Below are positions 43,047 through 52,725 of a stretch of 64,000 nt of DNA, one piece after another; position 1 is the stretch's first letter; each line of letters starts with the position of its first letter. Below the pieces are notes generated by a model. It was not told the origin of the DNA, did no database searches, and was given only the letters and a program-made list of their open reading frames with translations. The stretch spans positions 18,153 to 82,152 of the forward strand of contig JAXJIC010000027.1 in NCBI GenBank assembly GCA_036298925.1. The letters are read 5' to 3'. Origin of the DNA: Collinsella aerofaciens. GTDB taxonomy: Bacteria > Actinomycetota > Coriobacteriia > Coriobacteriales > Coriobacteriaceae. Both the position numbers and the translations under genes were made by a program.

Positions 43047-44351
43047 TTAGGCGCGCTCGGCACGAGCAAGCTCGGCAGCGACAAGCTTAACGGCCAGCAC
43101 CAGCACGTCGAGCGCGGCCTCCAGGTCCTCGACCGTGGGATAGCTCGGCGCAATACGGATGTTGGTATCGCGCGGATCCTTGCCATAGGGCCAGGTGGCA
43201 CCGGCCGGCGTGAGCTTGACGCCCAGGTCGGCGCAAAGCGCGGCGACCTTCTGGGCCGAGCCCTCGGGACCATCGAAGCTTACAAAGTAGCCGCCGCGGG
43301 GGTGCGTCCAGGTGGCACAGCCCGTATCGCCCAGGCCCTCGGTGAGCTTGCGCTCAACGGCCTCAAAGCGCGGACGCAGGAACTCGGCATGCTTTTTCAT
43401 GTGCTCCTTGACCGCCTCGATGGTGGGAAGGAAGCGCACGTGGCGCAGCTGGTTGAGCTTGTCGGCGCTGATGAGGCCGGCCTTCAGGCGCTTGGAGAAC
43501 TCGGCGATGACCGCGGGGCTCGCACCGATGAAGCCGATGCCGGCGCCCGGGAAGGTAATCTTGGACGTCGAGGCAAAAGCCACCACGCGGTCCTCGGTGC
43601 CCGCCGCGCGAGCGAGGTCGAAGATATTGGCGAGCTCGTCGGTCTCGTCGTACAGGTCGTGCACGCAGTAGGCGTTGTCCCAGAAGATGCGGAAATCGGG
43701 CGCGGCCGTGGGCATATCGACCAGGCGACGCACGGTGTCCTCGCTAAAGGTGATGCCCGTGGGGTTGGAATACTTGGGCACGCACCAGATGCCCTTGATG
43801 GAGTCGTCGGCGGCAACCAGACGCTCGACCTCGTCCATGTCGGGGCCGTTGTCGGTCATCGCGACGGGGACATTCTCGATACCCAGGTCGGCGGTGATGC
43901 CAAAGTGACGGTCGTAGCCGGGAACAGGGCACAGGAACTTGACTTTCTTGCCGTCGTGCGCGGCCTCGTAAGCCTCCCAAGGCTCGCTGCCGCACGAACC
44001 GCAGCGCCAAAACATGCCGGCGATATCGTGCTCGATCAGAAGGCTCGACGAACCCAGTACGAGCGTCTGCTCGGCAGGGCAACCCAGGAACTCCCCCGCC
44101 AGCTTGCGTGCCGAGGGAATGCCCTCAAAGCAACCGTAGTTTGAGCAGTCGACGTTGCCGTCGTGCAGATCGGCATCGGCATTGAGGATATCGAGCATGG
44201 GTCGAGAGATGTCCACCTGGGAGGGCGACGGCTTGCCGCGGGCCATGTCGAGCGCCAGGCCCTTGGCCTTGACCTCGGCGACCTCGGCTTTGAGCGCCTC
44301 GATGGCGGCATCGAGTTCGGTGGTTTCCATCTTCTGGTAGATCGTCTGCAT
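43047..44351 (-). CDS. PLP-dependent aminotransferase (class I/II fold)
   Basis: 434 aa. The pattern LDMARGKPS..NYG..GIP is typical of a subgroup of aminotransferases. STSKITFPG probably holds the PLP lysine. Confidence 0.65.
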   Translation of the reverse strand: MQTIYQKMETTELDAAIEALKAEVAEVKAKGLALDMARGKPSPSQVDISRPMLDILNADADLHDGNVDCSNYGCFEGIPSARKLAGEFLGCPAEQTLVLGSSSLLIEHDIAGMFWRCGSCGSEPWEAYEAAHDGKKVKFLCPVPGYDRHFGITADLGIENVPVAMTDNGPDMDEVERLVAADDSIKGIWCVPKYSNPTGITFSEDTVRRLVDMPTAAPDFRIFWDNAYCVHDLYDETDELANIFDLARAAGTEDRVVAFASTSKITFPGAGIGFIGASPAVIAEFSKRLKAGLISADKLNQLRHVRFLPTIEAVKEHMKKHAEFLRPRFEAVERKLTEGLGDTGCATWTHPRGGYFVSFDGPEGSAQKVAALCADLGVKLTPAGATWPYGKDPRDTNIRIAPSYPTVEDLEAALDVLVLAVKLVAAELARAERA

Positions 44352-44500
44352 GGGTGCGACCTTTCGCGAAGCGGGACGTTGCAGTTCGTCTAAGTATAGA
44401 CCGCCACCGCCGCAACGGCATGAAGCCGTGATAGATTAAGTTCATCGCAATGAATTATGAATCGCCGCGCATGCCGGCGTGGGGCGCCCAAGGAGGCACT

Positions 44501-44755
44501 ATGGAATACGGATCGTTCCAGGCCGAGGAATTCGGCGACCTGCAGCGCCTGGTCGACGGGCTGTTTTACGACCGCCGCGCCATCGACCGCCTGGATCTCA
44601 TCGTACAGGCCGAGATCTTGGACCTGGCGCCCGATCTCATGGAAATCGTGAACCTTTTGCCGCCCGGTTACTACGACCGCCAGTCACTTTGCGACCAGCT
44701 CAACTCCGCCTTGGCCGCCCACGGCTGGGGCGCCGTCTACGGCACCGTGGAATAA
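44501..44755 (+). CDS. Small hypothetical protein (DUF2795-like pattern)
   Basis: Start at ATG 44501, after AAGGAGG. APDLMEIVNLLPPGYYDRQSLCDQLNSAL resembles DUF2795. Confidence 0.4.
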   Translation: MEYGSFQAEEFGDLQRLVDGLFYDRRAIDRLDLIVQAEILDLAPDLMEIVNLLPPGYYDRQSLCDQLNSALAAHGWGAVYGTVE

Positions 44756-44841
44756 ACCTAGTCATTTAAGAACGCCCCCATTGACTAAAACGCCGCTTGT
44801 GATGGTGTCCACAGGCGGCGTTTTCAAACTTGTATATGCTT

Positions 44842-46200
44842 TTACTTGTCTTTGGGCGCGGGGTGTTTGCAGACCACACTCATGTAGATCATACCGAGCA
44901 CGGCAGCGGTGACCGAACCGGCAAGGATGGCGGCCTTGGCGGCCAGGACCTCAAACTGGGCCGTCGGGAAGGCAAGGCCGCTGATGAGGATCGACATGGT
45001 GAAGCCGATGCCGCCCAGAATGCCCACACCGGCAATCATGTGCCAGTTAACGTTATGCGGCAGCTCGCAGACCCTAAACTTAACCAGGGCAAACGTCATG
45101 CCAAAGATACCAATCGGCTTGCCCAGCAGCATGCCAAAGTACACGCCGAGCGTCACCGGATCGGTGAGCAGCGTGCTCATGTCCACGCCCACTAGGCGAA
45201 CCTGTGCGTTCACGAACGCAAAGATCGGCAGAATCACAAAGTTGACCGGCGTGGAGATCAGACGCTCCATGCGGATGAGCGGCGGGGTCACGCGGTGCAT
45301 GACGCGCTCGACCCTGGTGGTCGAGACGGTAAAGTCATGCTGGCCCAGGATGTGTGCCTCGTCGTCGTAGCGGTCATCAAGCAGCGGCAGGCACTCGCCC
45401 AACCAATCGGTGAGGCTATCGAGCTTGACGCCGCACTTGGCCGGGATGGTAAAGGCCAAGATGACGCCGGCGAGCGTGGCATGTACGCCGCTCTTGAACA
45501 TGCAGAACCACAACAGCAGACCCAGTACCGAATACGGGGCAAGGCGGTAATGCTGCGTCTTGTTGAGCCACACGAGCGCGCAGGTCACAAGCGCAGCGGC
45601 GCCCAACCAAAACGGATTGGGGCTCTGACCGTAGAAGATGGCGATGGCGGCGATGGAGATAAGGTCGTCGGCGATGGCGAGCGTCGAGAAGAACACGCGC
45701 ACGCCGTTGGGCACGCGGTTGCCCAAAAGCGACAGCACGCCCAGCGCAAAGGCAATATCGGTTGCCATGGGGATGGCCCAACCGTTGCGGGCGCCGGCAT
45801 GGTTAAAGATCAGGTAGATGCAGGCGGGAACGACGACGCCGCCCACGGCCGCCAGCATGGGAAGCATGGCCTGACGCGGATTCTTGAGCTCGCCGACCGT
45901 CATCTCGTACTTAAGCTCAATGCCCACCAACAAAAAGAAAATCGCCATGAGGAAGTCGTTGACGAAAAGTTCAACGGTAAGACCGGCCGTAAGGTTGCCC
46001 AGACCCACATACAGCGGGGTCTCCAAAAAGTGATGGATGGCCTCGTAGGCATCGGTATTGGCGCAAATGACGGCGGCGATGGCGGCGATGACCATAACCG
46101 CGGCGGAAATCGTGCCGTTCTCGGCGATGCGCTCCCAAATGTCGTGGCGTTCAAAGCGCTTGCGCTCACGGACGTTGAACAGCTGCTCGGTTGCTGCCAT
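44842..46200 (-). CDS. nhaA: Na+/H+ antiporter NhaA
   Basis: 452 aa. FFLLVGIELKYEM and PMATDIAFALGVL motifs. Confidence 0.9.
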   Translation of the reverse strand: MAATEQLFNVRERKRFERHDIWERIAENGTISAAVMVIAAIAAVICANTDAYEAIHHFLETPLYVGLGNLTAGLTVELFVNDFLMAIFFLLVGIELKYEMTVGELKNPRQAMLPMLAAVGGVVVPACIYLIFNHAGARNGWAIPMATDIAFALGVLSLLGNRVPNGVRVFFSTLAIADDLISIAAIAIFYGQSPNPFWLGAAALVTCALVWLNKTQHYRLAPYSVLGLLLWFCMFKSGVHATLAGVILAFTIPAKCGVKLDSLTDWLGECLPLLDDRYDDEAHILGQHDFTVSTTRVERVMHRVTPPLIRMERLISTPVNFVILPIFAFVNAQVRLVGVDMSTLLTDPVTLGVYFGMLLGKPIGIFGMTFALVKFRVCELPHNVNWHMIAGVGILGGIGFTMSILISGLAFPTAQFEVLAAKAAILAGSVTAAVLGMIYMSVVCKHPAPKDK

Positions 46201-46406
46201 GGGCGGCTCCTTTCACGGGATGGCTCCCGTCTTAAAAAAGCACGGCCCGCCCAAGTGGCGGCGCCGCGCTCTAACGTATTACGCTTGCATCTAGCCTACC
46301 CTGCACGACAAGCACGCAGGCGTGGCCGAAAAGCGGAACCACAGGTTGAACATTATTTGCTCAACGGCACGGGCACGCCTGTCCAAGAGACGACGCGGCG
46401 CATGCA

Positions 46407-46447
46407 CAAAAAACGACCGGAGCGCGGGGCGTCCGCGATCCGGTCGT
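46407..46447 (-). terminator. Terminator after ppaC
   Basis: On the minus strand ACGACCGG pairs with CCGGTCGT, followed by TTTTTTG. Confidence 0.6.
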
Positions 46448-46466
46448 GGCGTTTGGTCAACTAAAC

Positions 46467-47390
46467 CTAGCAGGCGGCCATGATGGGGGCAGCGACCTGC
46501 TTCTTACGGGAGAGGACGCCCGGCATCCAGACGCCGTCGTGCTCGTCGGCAATGCCCAGGCCCTTCTGAGCAGCCTCGGTCTCGCCCTCGAGCAGGACCT
46601 GCGAGCCCTCCTCCATGATGTCGGTGATGCACAGGACAATGCCGTCGGCACCCTTCTCGGCGGCGTAGGCGCGCATGGCCTCGCGGATCTCGTCAATCAT
46701 GCCGAGTGCGCGGGTCTTGTCGACAGTCTCGTACTGGCCGATGAGCAGCTTCTTGCCGGCGGGCTCGAACATCTTGATGTCGTTGCCGACCATCTCGGCA
46801 GCGGTGAAGGAGCCGGACGGGCGGGTAAGGAAGACCTCCATGCCAAACTTGACCGGGTCGACGCCCACCTGCTCGCCGAGCTTGGCGGCGACGGCGCGGT
46901 CGACATCGGTGGTGGTGGGGCTCTTGAGCATGAGCGTGTCGGTCATCATGGCCGAAAGCAGCAGCTTGGCCTGGACGTCGGAAAGCTCAACGCCGAGCAC
47001 GCCGGCGAGCTTGGTGACGATGGTGCAGCTGGAGCCCCAGGGCAGGCAGATGTAGTGCAGCGGGCCGGCGGTCTCGAAGTCGCCGATGCGGTGATGGTCG
47101 ACAACACCAAAGACCGTGGCGTCCTTAAGGCCGGCGACGGACTGGGCGGACTCGTTGTGGTCGGTGAGGACGACGAGCTGACCGGCCTCGACGGACTCGA
47201 TCACGCGGGGCTCGGCAATGCCGGCATCGGCGAGCAGCTTGGCGGACTCGGCCGGAAGCTGGCCCAGAGCGCAAGCCTCGTAGGTGTTGCCGGCATACTC
47301 AACCTGGTTAAGCAGCTGGGACAGGACGACGGCGCTCATGATGGCGTCGTTATCGGGGTTCTGGTGACCAAAGACAAGAACGTTTGCCAT
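46467..47390 (-). CDS. ppaC: Family II (DHH) manganese-dependent inorganic pyrophosphatase
   Basis: VFGHQNPDNDAI, DHH-type VVDHHRI and a DHHA2 C-terminus. Confidence 0.9.
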   Translation of the reverse strand: MANVLVFGHQNPDNDAIMSAVVLSQLLNQVEYAGNTYEACALGQLPAESAKLLADAGIAEPRVIESVEAGQLVVLTDHNESAQSVAGLKDATVFGVVDHHRIGDFETAGPLHYICLPWGSSCTIVTKLAGVLGVELSDVQAKLLLSAMMTDTLMLKSPTTTDVDRAVAAKLGEQVGVDPVKFGMEVFLTRPSGSFTAAEMVGNDIKMFEPAGKKLLIGQYETVDKTRALGMIDEIREAMRAYAAEKGADGIVLCITDIMEEGSQVLLEGETEAAQKGLGIADEHDGVWMPGVLSRKKQVAAPIMAAC

Positions 47391-47556
47391 GGATATCCTC
47401 CACTTGATATGTGTACTTGGACGTAGCTATGGTAGCACGCCGATGCCGAGCCTTCGCAGACGGAAGGGCCACGGCATATTTTGTGGCAGGTATGGGGGCC
47501 AAGGCTGTCCCTTTTGCACCATGTTGGTGCAAAGTAACCTGACCCCCTTGCACCAG

Positions 47557-48510
47557 CTATTTACCGGCGGCGCGCAGGGCTACGTAGGCGGCACCGATGA
47601 TGCCGGCGTCGTTTCCGAGCGAAGCGACCTTAATGGGCGTCTCGCGCGAGGCGGAAAGCGCGTAGCGCTGGAAGTGCTCGCGAACCTTATCGAGGTAGAC
47701 ATCGGCCGAAGCGGACGCGCCGCCACCGATCAGGAACATCTCGGGGTCGACCACGTTGGCGATAAGTGCCAGAGCACGACCGAGATAGTCAGCCATGGTA
47801 TCGGCAGCTGCCAGCGCGAGCTTGTCGCCCTCGCGGCAGGCCTGGAACACGTCCTTGGAATCGGAGGGGCCGGTGAGCTCGATGGGCTCGACGCCCGCCT
47901 TCTTGCACTCGGCCAGGTAATTGCTCACCACGCCGGTGGCGCTGGAATACTGCTCCAGGTGGCCATGGCCGCCACAGCCGCAGGTGCGCTCCTCGGCCGG
48001 GTTCAGGCACATGTGGCCAATCTCGCCGCCGGCACCCACAACGCCCGATACCACGTCGCCGTTAACGATAACGCCGCCGCCCACGCCGGTACCGATGGTG
48101 ACCATCACCACGTTCTGCACGCCCTTGGCAGAACCGAGCCAGGCCTCGCCCATGGCGGCGGCGTTGGCATCGTTCTCGTATTTAACGACCGCGTCGGGGC
48201 AGTGCTTCTGAATGGCGATCCTCAGCTCGGGCAGGTTAATGGCAATGTTGGCCTTGACCTTGGCATCGCCCGATGCCGGGATGGGGCACGGAACGGCCAG
48301 GCCAATGCCTGCCACAAAGGCGCGCGGAATCTGCGCCTTGGCGACCACCTGGTCGATAGCCTCGGTCACCGCGGCAAAGCCCGCAGCGTCAACGATGGGA
48401 GGCGTGGGCACGCTGGCCTTGGCAAGCAGGTTGCCGTCCTCGTCGAACAGGCCCTCCTTAACCGAGGTGCCGCCGACGTCGATGCCGATGTAATACTGCT
48501 TAGGTTCCAT
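47557..48510 (-). CDS. glk: ROK-family glucokinase
   Basis: Start at ATG 48510 (MEPKQYYIGIDVGGTSVK), after AAAGGTGG. The ROK zinc motif CGCGGHGHLE is present. Confidence 0.8.
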   Translation of the reverse strand: MEPKQYYIGIDVGGTSVKEGLFDEDGNLLAKASVPTPPIVDAAGFAAVTEAIDQVVAKAQIPRAFVAGIGLAVPCPIPASGDAKVKANIAINLPELRIAIQKHCPDAVVKYENDANAAAMGEAWLGSAKGVQNVVMVTIGTGVGGGVIVNGDVVSGVVGAGGEIGHMCLNPAEERTCGCGGHGHLEQYSSATGVVSNYLAECKKAGVEPIELTGPSDSKDVFQACREGDKLALAAADTMADYLGRALALIANVVDPEMFLIGGGASASADVYLDKVREHFQRYALSASRETPIKVASLGNDAGIIGAAYVALRAAGK

Positions 48511-48579
48511 GGGAGCCCACCTTTCTCGTTTAAACATTGCCTGTATGGTACCGCTCCCAAGGCAAAAACCTACCAAAAA

Positions 48580-48608
48580 GGGACAGGTTTGTTTTGGCAG
48601 GCTTTATC
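48580..48608. promoter_or_regulatory. Conserved box (minus sense GATAAAGCCTGCCAAAACAAACCTGTCCC) upstream of glk
   Basis: The 19-nt core ACRGGTTTGYTTTGGCAGG is shared with 52459-52486 (2 mismatches). Confidence 0.45.
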
Positions 48609-48751
48609 TGGGGAAACGCGAATGGTCGCTTAATAGGTCGCGCAAGACCTTCCCCAAATATAAAGGCGCCGGGAGGCGGAGACTCCCGGCGCCCGTCAAA
48701 GGGACTGTGTTGTCTGTTGGACCGCACGGCCCATCGCGGCGACAACGCCGA

Positions 48752-49093
48752 CTAGGCCTGAAGTACCTGCAGCTGCTTGTGAATCTCGATGAGCTCCGTC
48801 GCCATGACGCGCATGGTCTCGGTACCGGCCATCTGGTCCTCGGCATGCAGCAGAATCAACGGGGCCTCGCCGTTACGCTCGCCGTTGGCCTCCTTCTTCA
48901 GAAGCCCCATGTGAACATCGTGGCCACCGTTATAGGCCTCGTCGCCCTGCTTGATAAGCTCCTCGGCGGCGTCAAAATCGCCCTCCTTGGCCTTTTGCAC
49001 GGCATTGATGTACATGCTCTTGGCGGTACCGACGTAGCTGATGATCTCGAAGCAGGTCATCTGCAGTTCGTTCATATCCTCCATGCGGAGCAC
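48752..49093 (-). CDS. PTS lactose/cellobiose-family EIIA
   Basis: 113 aa helical EIIA. The pattern ISYVGTAKS..AEELIKQGDEAYNGGHDVH includes the active-site His. Confidence 0.85.
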   Translation of the reverse strand: MLRMEDMNELQMTCFEIISYVGTAKSMYINAVQKAKEGDFDAAEELIKQGDEAYNGGHDVHMGLLKKEANGERNGEAPLILLHAEDQMAGTETMRVMATELIEIHKQLQVLQA

Positions 49094-49396
49094 CTAGCCC
49101 ATCACGCTGACGCAGTGGTCGATGATGCCGGCAGCGTTCATGCGGCCGTAGTCGACCATGTTGATGACCTCGACCGGAAAACGACCGGCGGCCTCCTTCT
49201 CAAAATCGCCCTTGGTGTAGCCGATCTGCGGACCAAGCAGCAACATGTCGCACTCGTCCAGGTGATCGTGGGCCTCGTTCATGGGACGAGCCTCGACCTC
49301 AATATCCAGACCACGGTTTGCAACCTCGGCCTGCATCTTCTGGACCAGCAGGCTCGTGGACATGCCGGCATTGCAGCAGAGCATGATCTTCTTCAT
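49094..49396 (-). CDS. PTS lactose/cellobiose-family EIIB
   Basis: 100 aa. MKKIMLCCNAGMSTSLLV carries the cysteine site. Confidence 0.85.
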   Translation of the reverse strand: MKKIMLCCNAGMSTSLLVQKMQAEVANRGLDIEVEARPMNEAHDHLDECDMLLLGPQIGYTKGDFEKEAAGRFPVEVINMVDYGRMNAAGIIDHCVSVMG

Positions 49397-49557
49397 GGTT
49401 TCCTCCTTATAACTGCGCGGCGCGCAGACGACAACTGGTTGTATTCCTTGCGGCTATTGTGCCCGCTCCCCTGTATCTTTACGCAAGGGAGAGAGCCGCG
49501 GGCACCGGCACCGCGTACCGGCGCCCGCAAAGGTGAAAGGGACGAACGTTAGGCGTT

Positions 49558-50901
49558 CTACTCGGCGAGAGCCTCCTGCTTGGCGATTGCCTTCTCGGAA
49601 ATCTTCATAAAGGGCAGGTAGACGGCCATGCCAATGACAATCTCGAGAGCCTGCCACACGCCGGCGCGCCAGTCAAAGCCCGTAGCGAGCAGGGCATTGA
49701 TGACGGGAGGCATGGTCCAGGGCACCTGGGCGATGCAGGGGCTGATGATGCCTGCGCAGGTAAGGCCATAGGTGATGCCGATGAACAGATCGGGAAGAAG
49801 GACGAACGGGATCATGAGCGGCAGGTTGTACACGATGGGGTAACCGTAGATAACCGGCTCGTTGATGTTGAACAGACCAGGCAGGATAGCCATCTTGGAA
49901 ACGGTCTCGGAAGCCTTGTTCTTGGAGAACAGGAGCGTGTCGAGCAGAAGCATGAGGGTGCAGCCCGAGCCGCCGATGAGGGCGAAGCTGTTAACGATCT
50001 GCATGTTCATGTAGTGATCGGGCTGGATGGTGCCACCGGCGGCAAAGGTAGCCATGTTGTCGACGATGAGCATGGTCAGGATCGGCTCGACGGTAGCGCC
50101 AGAGATGGTGGACTGGTGAATACCGACGCAGAACAGCAGGTTAGCAAGGGTGTAGATGAGGATAACAGCCCACGGACCGGCGTTCATGATGCTCTTGAGC
50201 GGGTTGGAGATGCACGTGGAGATGATGGTGCACAGATCGGTGCCGGCGCACACGGCGAGCAGGGCTGCGGCAAGAGCGAAGATCGCGAGGTTGAGCAGCA
50301 TCGGGATCATGACGTTGAAGGAGTTGGAGACCGCGGGAGGCACGCCCTCGCCCAGCTTAACCTTGAGCTTCTCGACGCCAGAAATCTTGATGAAGAGCGA
50401 GACGGAAAGCAGGGCGATGATAATAGCCGAGAACAGACCGTTGGTGCCGGTGTTGGCAGTCGAAAGGGCGCCCGTGACCTCGGCGGAGGTGATCTTGTCG
50501 GTGAGCAGCGGGCTCGTGGCGGCAAGCGAGGCGGTGATCTGCTGCGGCATCATGATGACGAAAGCAGAGATAGCGACGACCACGCAAGCGAGCGGGTTAT
50601 CGAAACGCTTGTTCTTAGCGAGGCTGTAGCCAATCAATCCGGCCAAGATAATGGCAGAGACGTTGAGGGTGCCCAGCGTAATTGCCGAACCCCACGTCTG
50701 AAGGTTGGCAAGGCCCGCCGCATCGAGCGGGAACAGAGGGAACACGACGTTGTTAATAAGAACCGCGATACCCGCAAGGATATAGAGCGGCGTGATGGTC
50801 GCGAAGGCGTCACGCAGGGAACGCAGGTGAACCTGGTTTCCCACCTTCGCAGAGACCTCGGCAAACTTGTCGAGGAAGCTCTTTCCGTTGTCACTGGCCA
50901 T
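49558..50901 (-). CDS. PTS lactose/cellobiose-family EIIC
   Basis: 447 aa polytopic protein with FLDKFAEVSAKVGNQVHLRSLRDAF and GIHQS motifs. Confidence 0.85.
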   Translation of the reverse strand: MASDNGKSFLDKFAEVSAKVGNQVHLRSLRDAFATITPLYILAGIAVLINNVVFPLFPLDAAGLANLQTWGSAITLGTLNVSAIILAGLIGYSLAKNKRFDNPLACVVVAISAFVIMMPQQITASLAATSPLLTDKITSAEVTGALSTANTGTNGLFSAIIIALLSVSLFIKISGVEKLKVKLGEGVPPAVSNSFNVMIPMLLNLAIFALAAALLAVCAGTDLCTIISTCISNPLKSIMNAGPWAVILIYTLANLLFCVGIHQSTISGATVEPILTMLIVDNMATFAAGGTIQPDHYMNMQIVNSFALIGGSGCTLMLLLDTLLFSKNKASETVSKMAILPGLFNINEPVIYGYPIVYNLPLMIPFVLLPDLFIGITYGLTCAGIISPCIAQVPWTMPPVINALLATGFDWRAGVWQALEIVIGMAVYLPFMKISEKAIAKQEALAE

Positions 50902-51021
50902 GATTGCTCCTAACTTTCAAATCCGGCCTTTTCCTATGCGCACGGTGGTCTGTCGCCCTCTGCCACCAGATGTGCCATGTGTTGCGCGCAGCGGCGCGCG
51001 GTCTGGGCGTTCGCCCGTTCG

Positions 51022-52422
51022 CTAATCAACCACGTGAGTCGTGGCGACCTGCTTGAGCCAAGCTGCCGACTTCTTAAGGCGGCGCTTGTAGCCGTCCATA
51101 AGGTCGACCTCGACAAAACCGTAACGGTTCTTAAAGGCATTCGCCCAAGACCAGTTATCGATGACGGCCCAATAATGGTATCCACGGCACTTGGCGCCCT
51201 CGGCAATTGCCTTGGCAACCCACTCCAGGTGCTGGCGTACAAAGTCGACGCGGTAGTCATCCTGGATGGTTCCTTCGGCGTCTCGGTTCTTGTATTCGTC
51301 CATGATGCCGATGCCGTTCTCGGAAACGAACCACTCAAGATCGGGGTAGTTCTTAGCGCAGTCCATGCCAAAGTCGTAGAGGCCCTGCGGGTAGATCTCC
51401 CAGCCGCGGCTCTCGTTCATAACGGCGTCGGGCCACACGTACTCGTCGGCAAAGTGCGGCAGACCGTACTGGTCGATCTTGCTCGCCGGCGCCTGAACGC
51501 GCGTGGGGTGGTAGTAGTTGCAACCGAGCCAGTCGACAACACCCTGCTTAAGAATCTCTTGGTCGCCGGCACGGAACGGAAGCTTAACGCCGCCCTCGGC
51601 CAGGCTGTCGAGCACGTCGGCGGGAAGCTCGCCCTTGGTAATGAGGTCGAGCCACCAGCGGTTGTTGATGCCGCTGGTCATACGCACGGCCTCGAGGTCC
51701 GCCTCGCTGGGGTTCTCCTTGGTGTAGACCGGGGTAAAGCAGTTGATCATGCCGATCTTGGCATCGCTGCGAACGGCGCCCTCGTCATAGGCGCGACGGT
51801 AGTTGGCCACGGCCAGCGCATGTGCCAGCGAGATGTGATACTGCACGGTGCGAGCGCGGCTAAAGTCGTGGAGCTGCGGGAACCACACGCCCTCCTGATA
51901 GCGCTGCTCGGGCTCGACGATGGGCTCGTTAAAGGTGAACCAGTACTTGATCTCCTGGCCAAACTCGTGGAAGGCGACGTCGGCGTAATGTGCGTAAGCC
52001 TCGACAACCTCACGGCTCTCCCAGCCGCCACGGTTAAAAAGGTAGGTGGGCATGTCAAAGTGGTACAAGTTGACAAACGGCTCCAGGCCGGCTTCGCGAG
52101 AGGCGCGGAACAACTCGTGATACCACGCGGCGCCTTCCTCGTTGAGGTTGCCGTCGGCATCGAGCAGACGGCTCCACTGGATGGAAGTGCGATAGGTATC
52201 CAGGCCCAAGTCCTTCAAAATGCGAAGGTCTTCCTGGTACTTGGCCATAAAGTCATTGCCGGCGTAAGAGCCAACGCAGTTGTAGAACGAGCCCAGATCC
52301 TGGATGGACCAGGTGTCCCACAGGTTCTCGAGCTTGCCGCCCTGGTTCCACTGACCCTCAGTCTGCGGGCCGGACATAGCAGCGCCAAAGAAGAAGTCGT
52401 TGGGCAGCTGATACTGTGCCAT
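51022..52422 (-). CDS. 6-phospho-beta-glucosidase (GH1)
   Basis: FFFGAAMSGPQTEG, TFNEP and SENGIG motifs. ATG 52422 is preceded by GAGGA; the ORF-track TTG at 52425 is one codon upstream. Confidence 0.85.
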   Translation of the reverse strand: MAQYQLPNDFFFGAAMSGPQTEGQWNQGGKLENLWDTWSIQDLGSFYNCVGSYAGNDFMAKYQEDLRILKDLGLDTYRTSIQWSRLLDADGNLNEEGAAWYHELFRASREAGLEPFVNLYHFDMPTYLFNRGGWESREVVEAYAHYADVAFHEFGQEIKYWFTFNEPIVEPEQRYQEGVWFPQLHDFSRARTVQYHISLAHALAVANYRRAYDEGAVRSDAKIGMINCFTPVYTKENPSEADLEAVRMTSGINNRWWLDLITKGELPADVLDSLAEGGVKLPFRAGDQEILKQGVVDWLGCNYYHPTRVQAPASKIDQYGLPHFADEYVWPDAVMNESRGWEIYPQGLYDFGMDCAKNYPDLEWFVSENGIGIMDEYKNRDAEGTIQDDYRVDFVRQHLEWVAKAIAEGAKCRGYHYWAVIDNWSWANAFKNRYGFVEVDLMDGYKRRLKKSAAWLKQVATTHVVD

Positions 52423-52458
52423 CAAAGTCCTCGCTTTCGTGTTCTAGAGCTTCCGGTT

Positions 52459-52486
52459 GGAGACGGGTTTGCTTTGGCAGGTTATC
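52459..52486. promoter_or_regulatory. Conserved box (minus sense GATAACCTGCCAAAGCAAACCCGTCTCC) upstream of the GH1/PTS operon
   Basis: Second copy of the 48580-48608 box, 37-64 nt upstream of the GH1 start. Confidence 0.45.
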
Positions 52487-52725
52487 CGGCGCGGGCGCGC
52501 ACCGGTCATACCGATATCCAACCCGCCAAAACAAAACCGTCCCCAAACGGTCGATCCTGTTCTGCGGAAAGATTCCGTTCGTTGCTTAAACTATAGCGCT
52601 CTAATTCTAAAAGTAAAGCGTCTTTTTCTTTTTTCTTTCTCGAGCTTCTTAGATAAAGGTTATATGGGTGCCTTGTTAAGGGTTATACTTACTTGCGTAT
52701 TGATATATGTCGGAAAGGAGGTTCA

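Noticed and set aside
48580-48608. Sigma-54 promoter (TGGCA element) or RAT antiterminator in the shared box
   Set aside because: The TGGCA lies on the strand opposite to the genes and lacks a properly spaced TTGC. The sequence cannot fold like a RAT, and no BglG/LicT-type gene is present.
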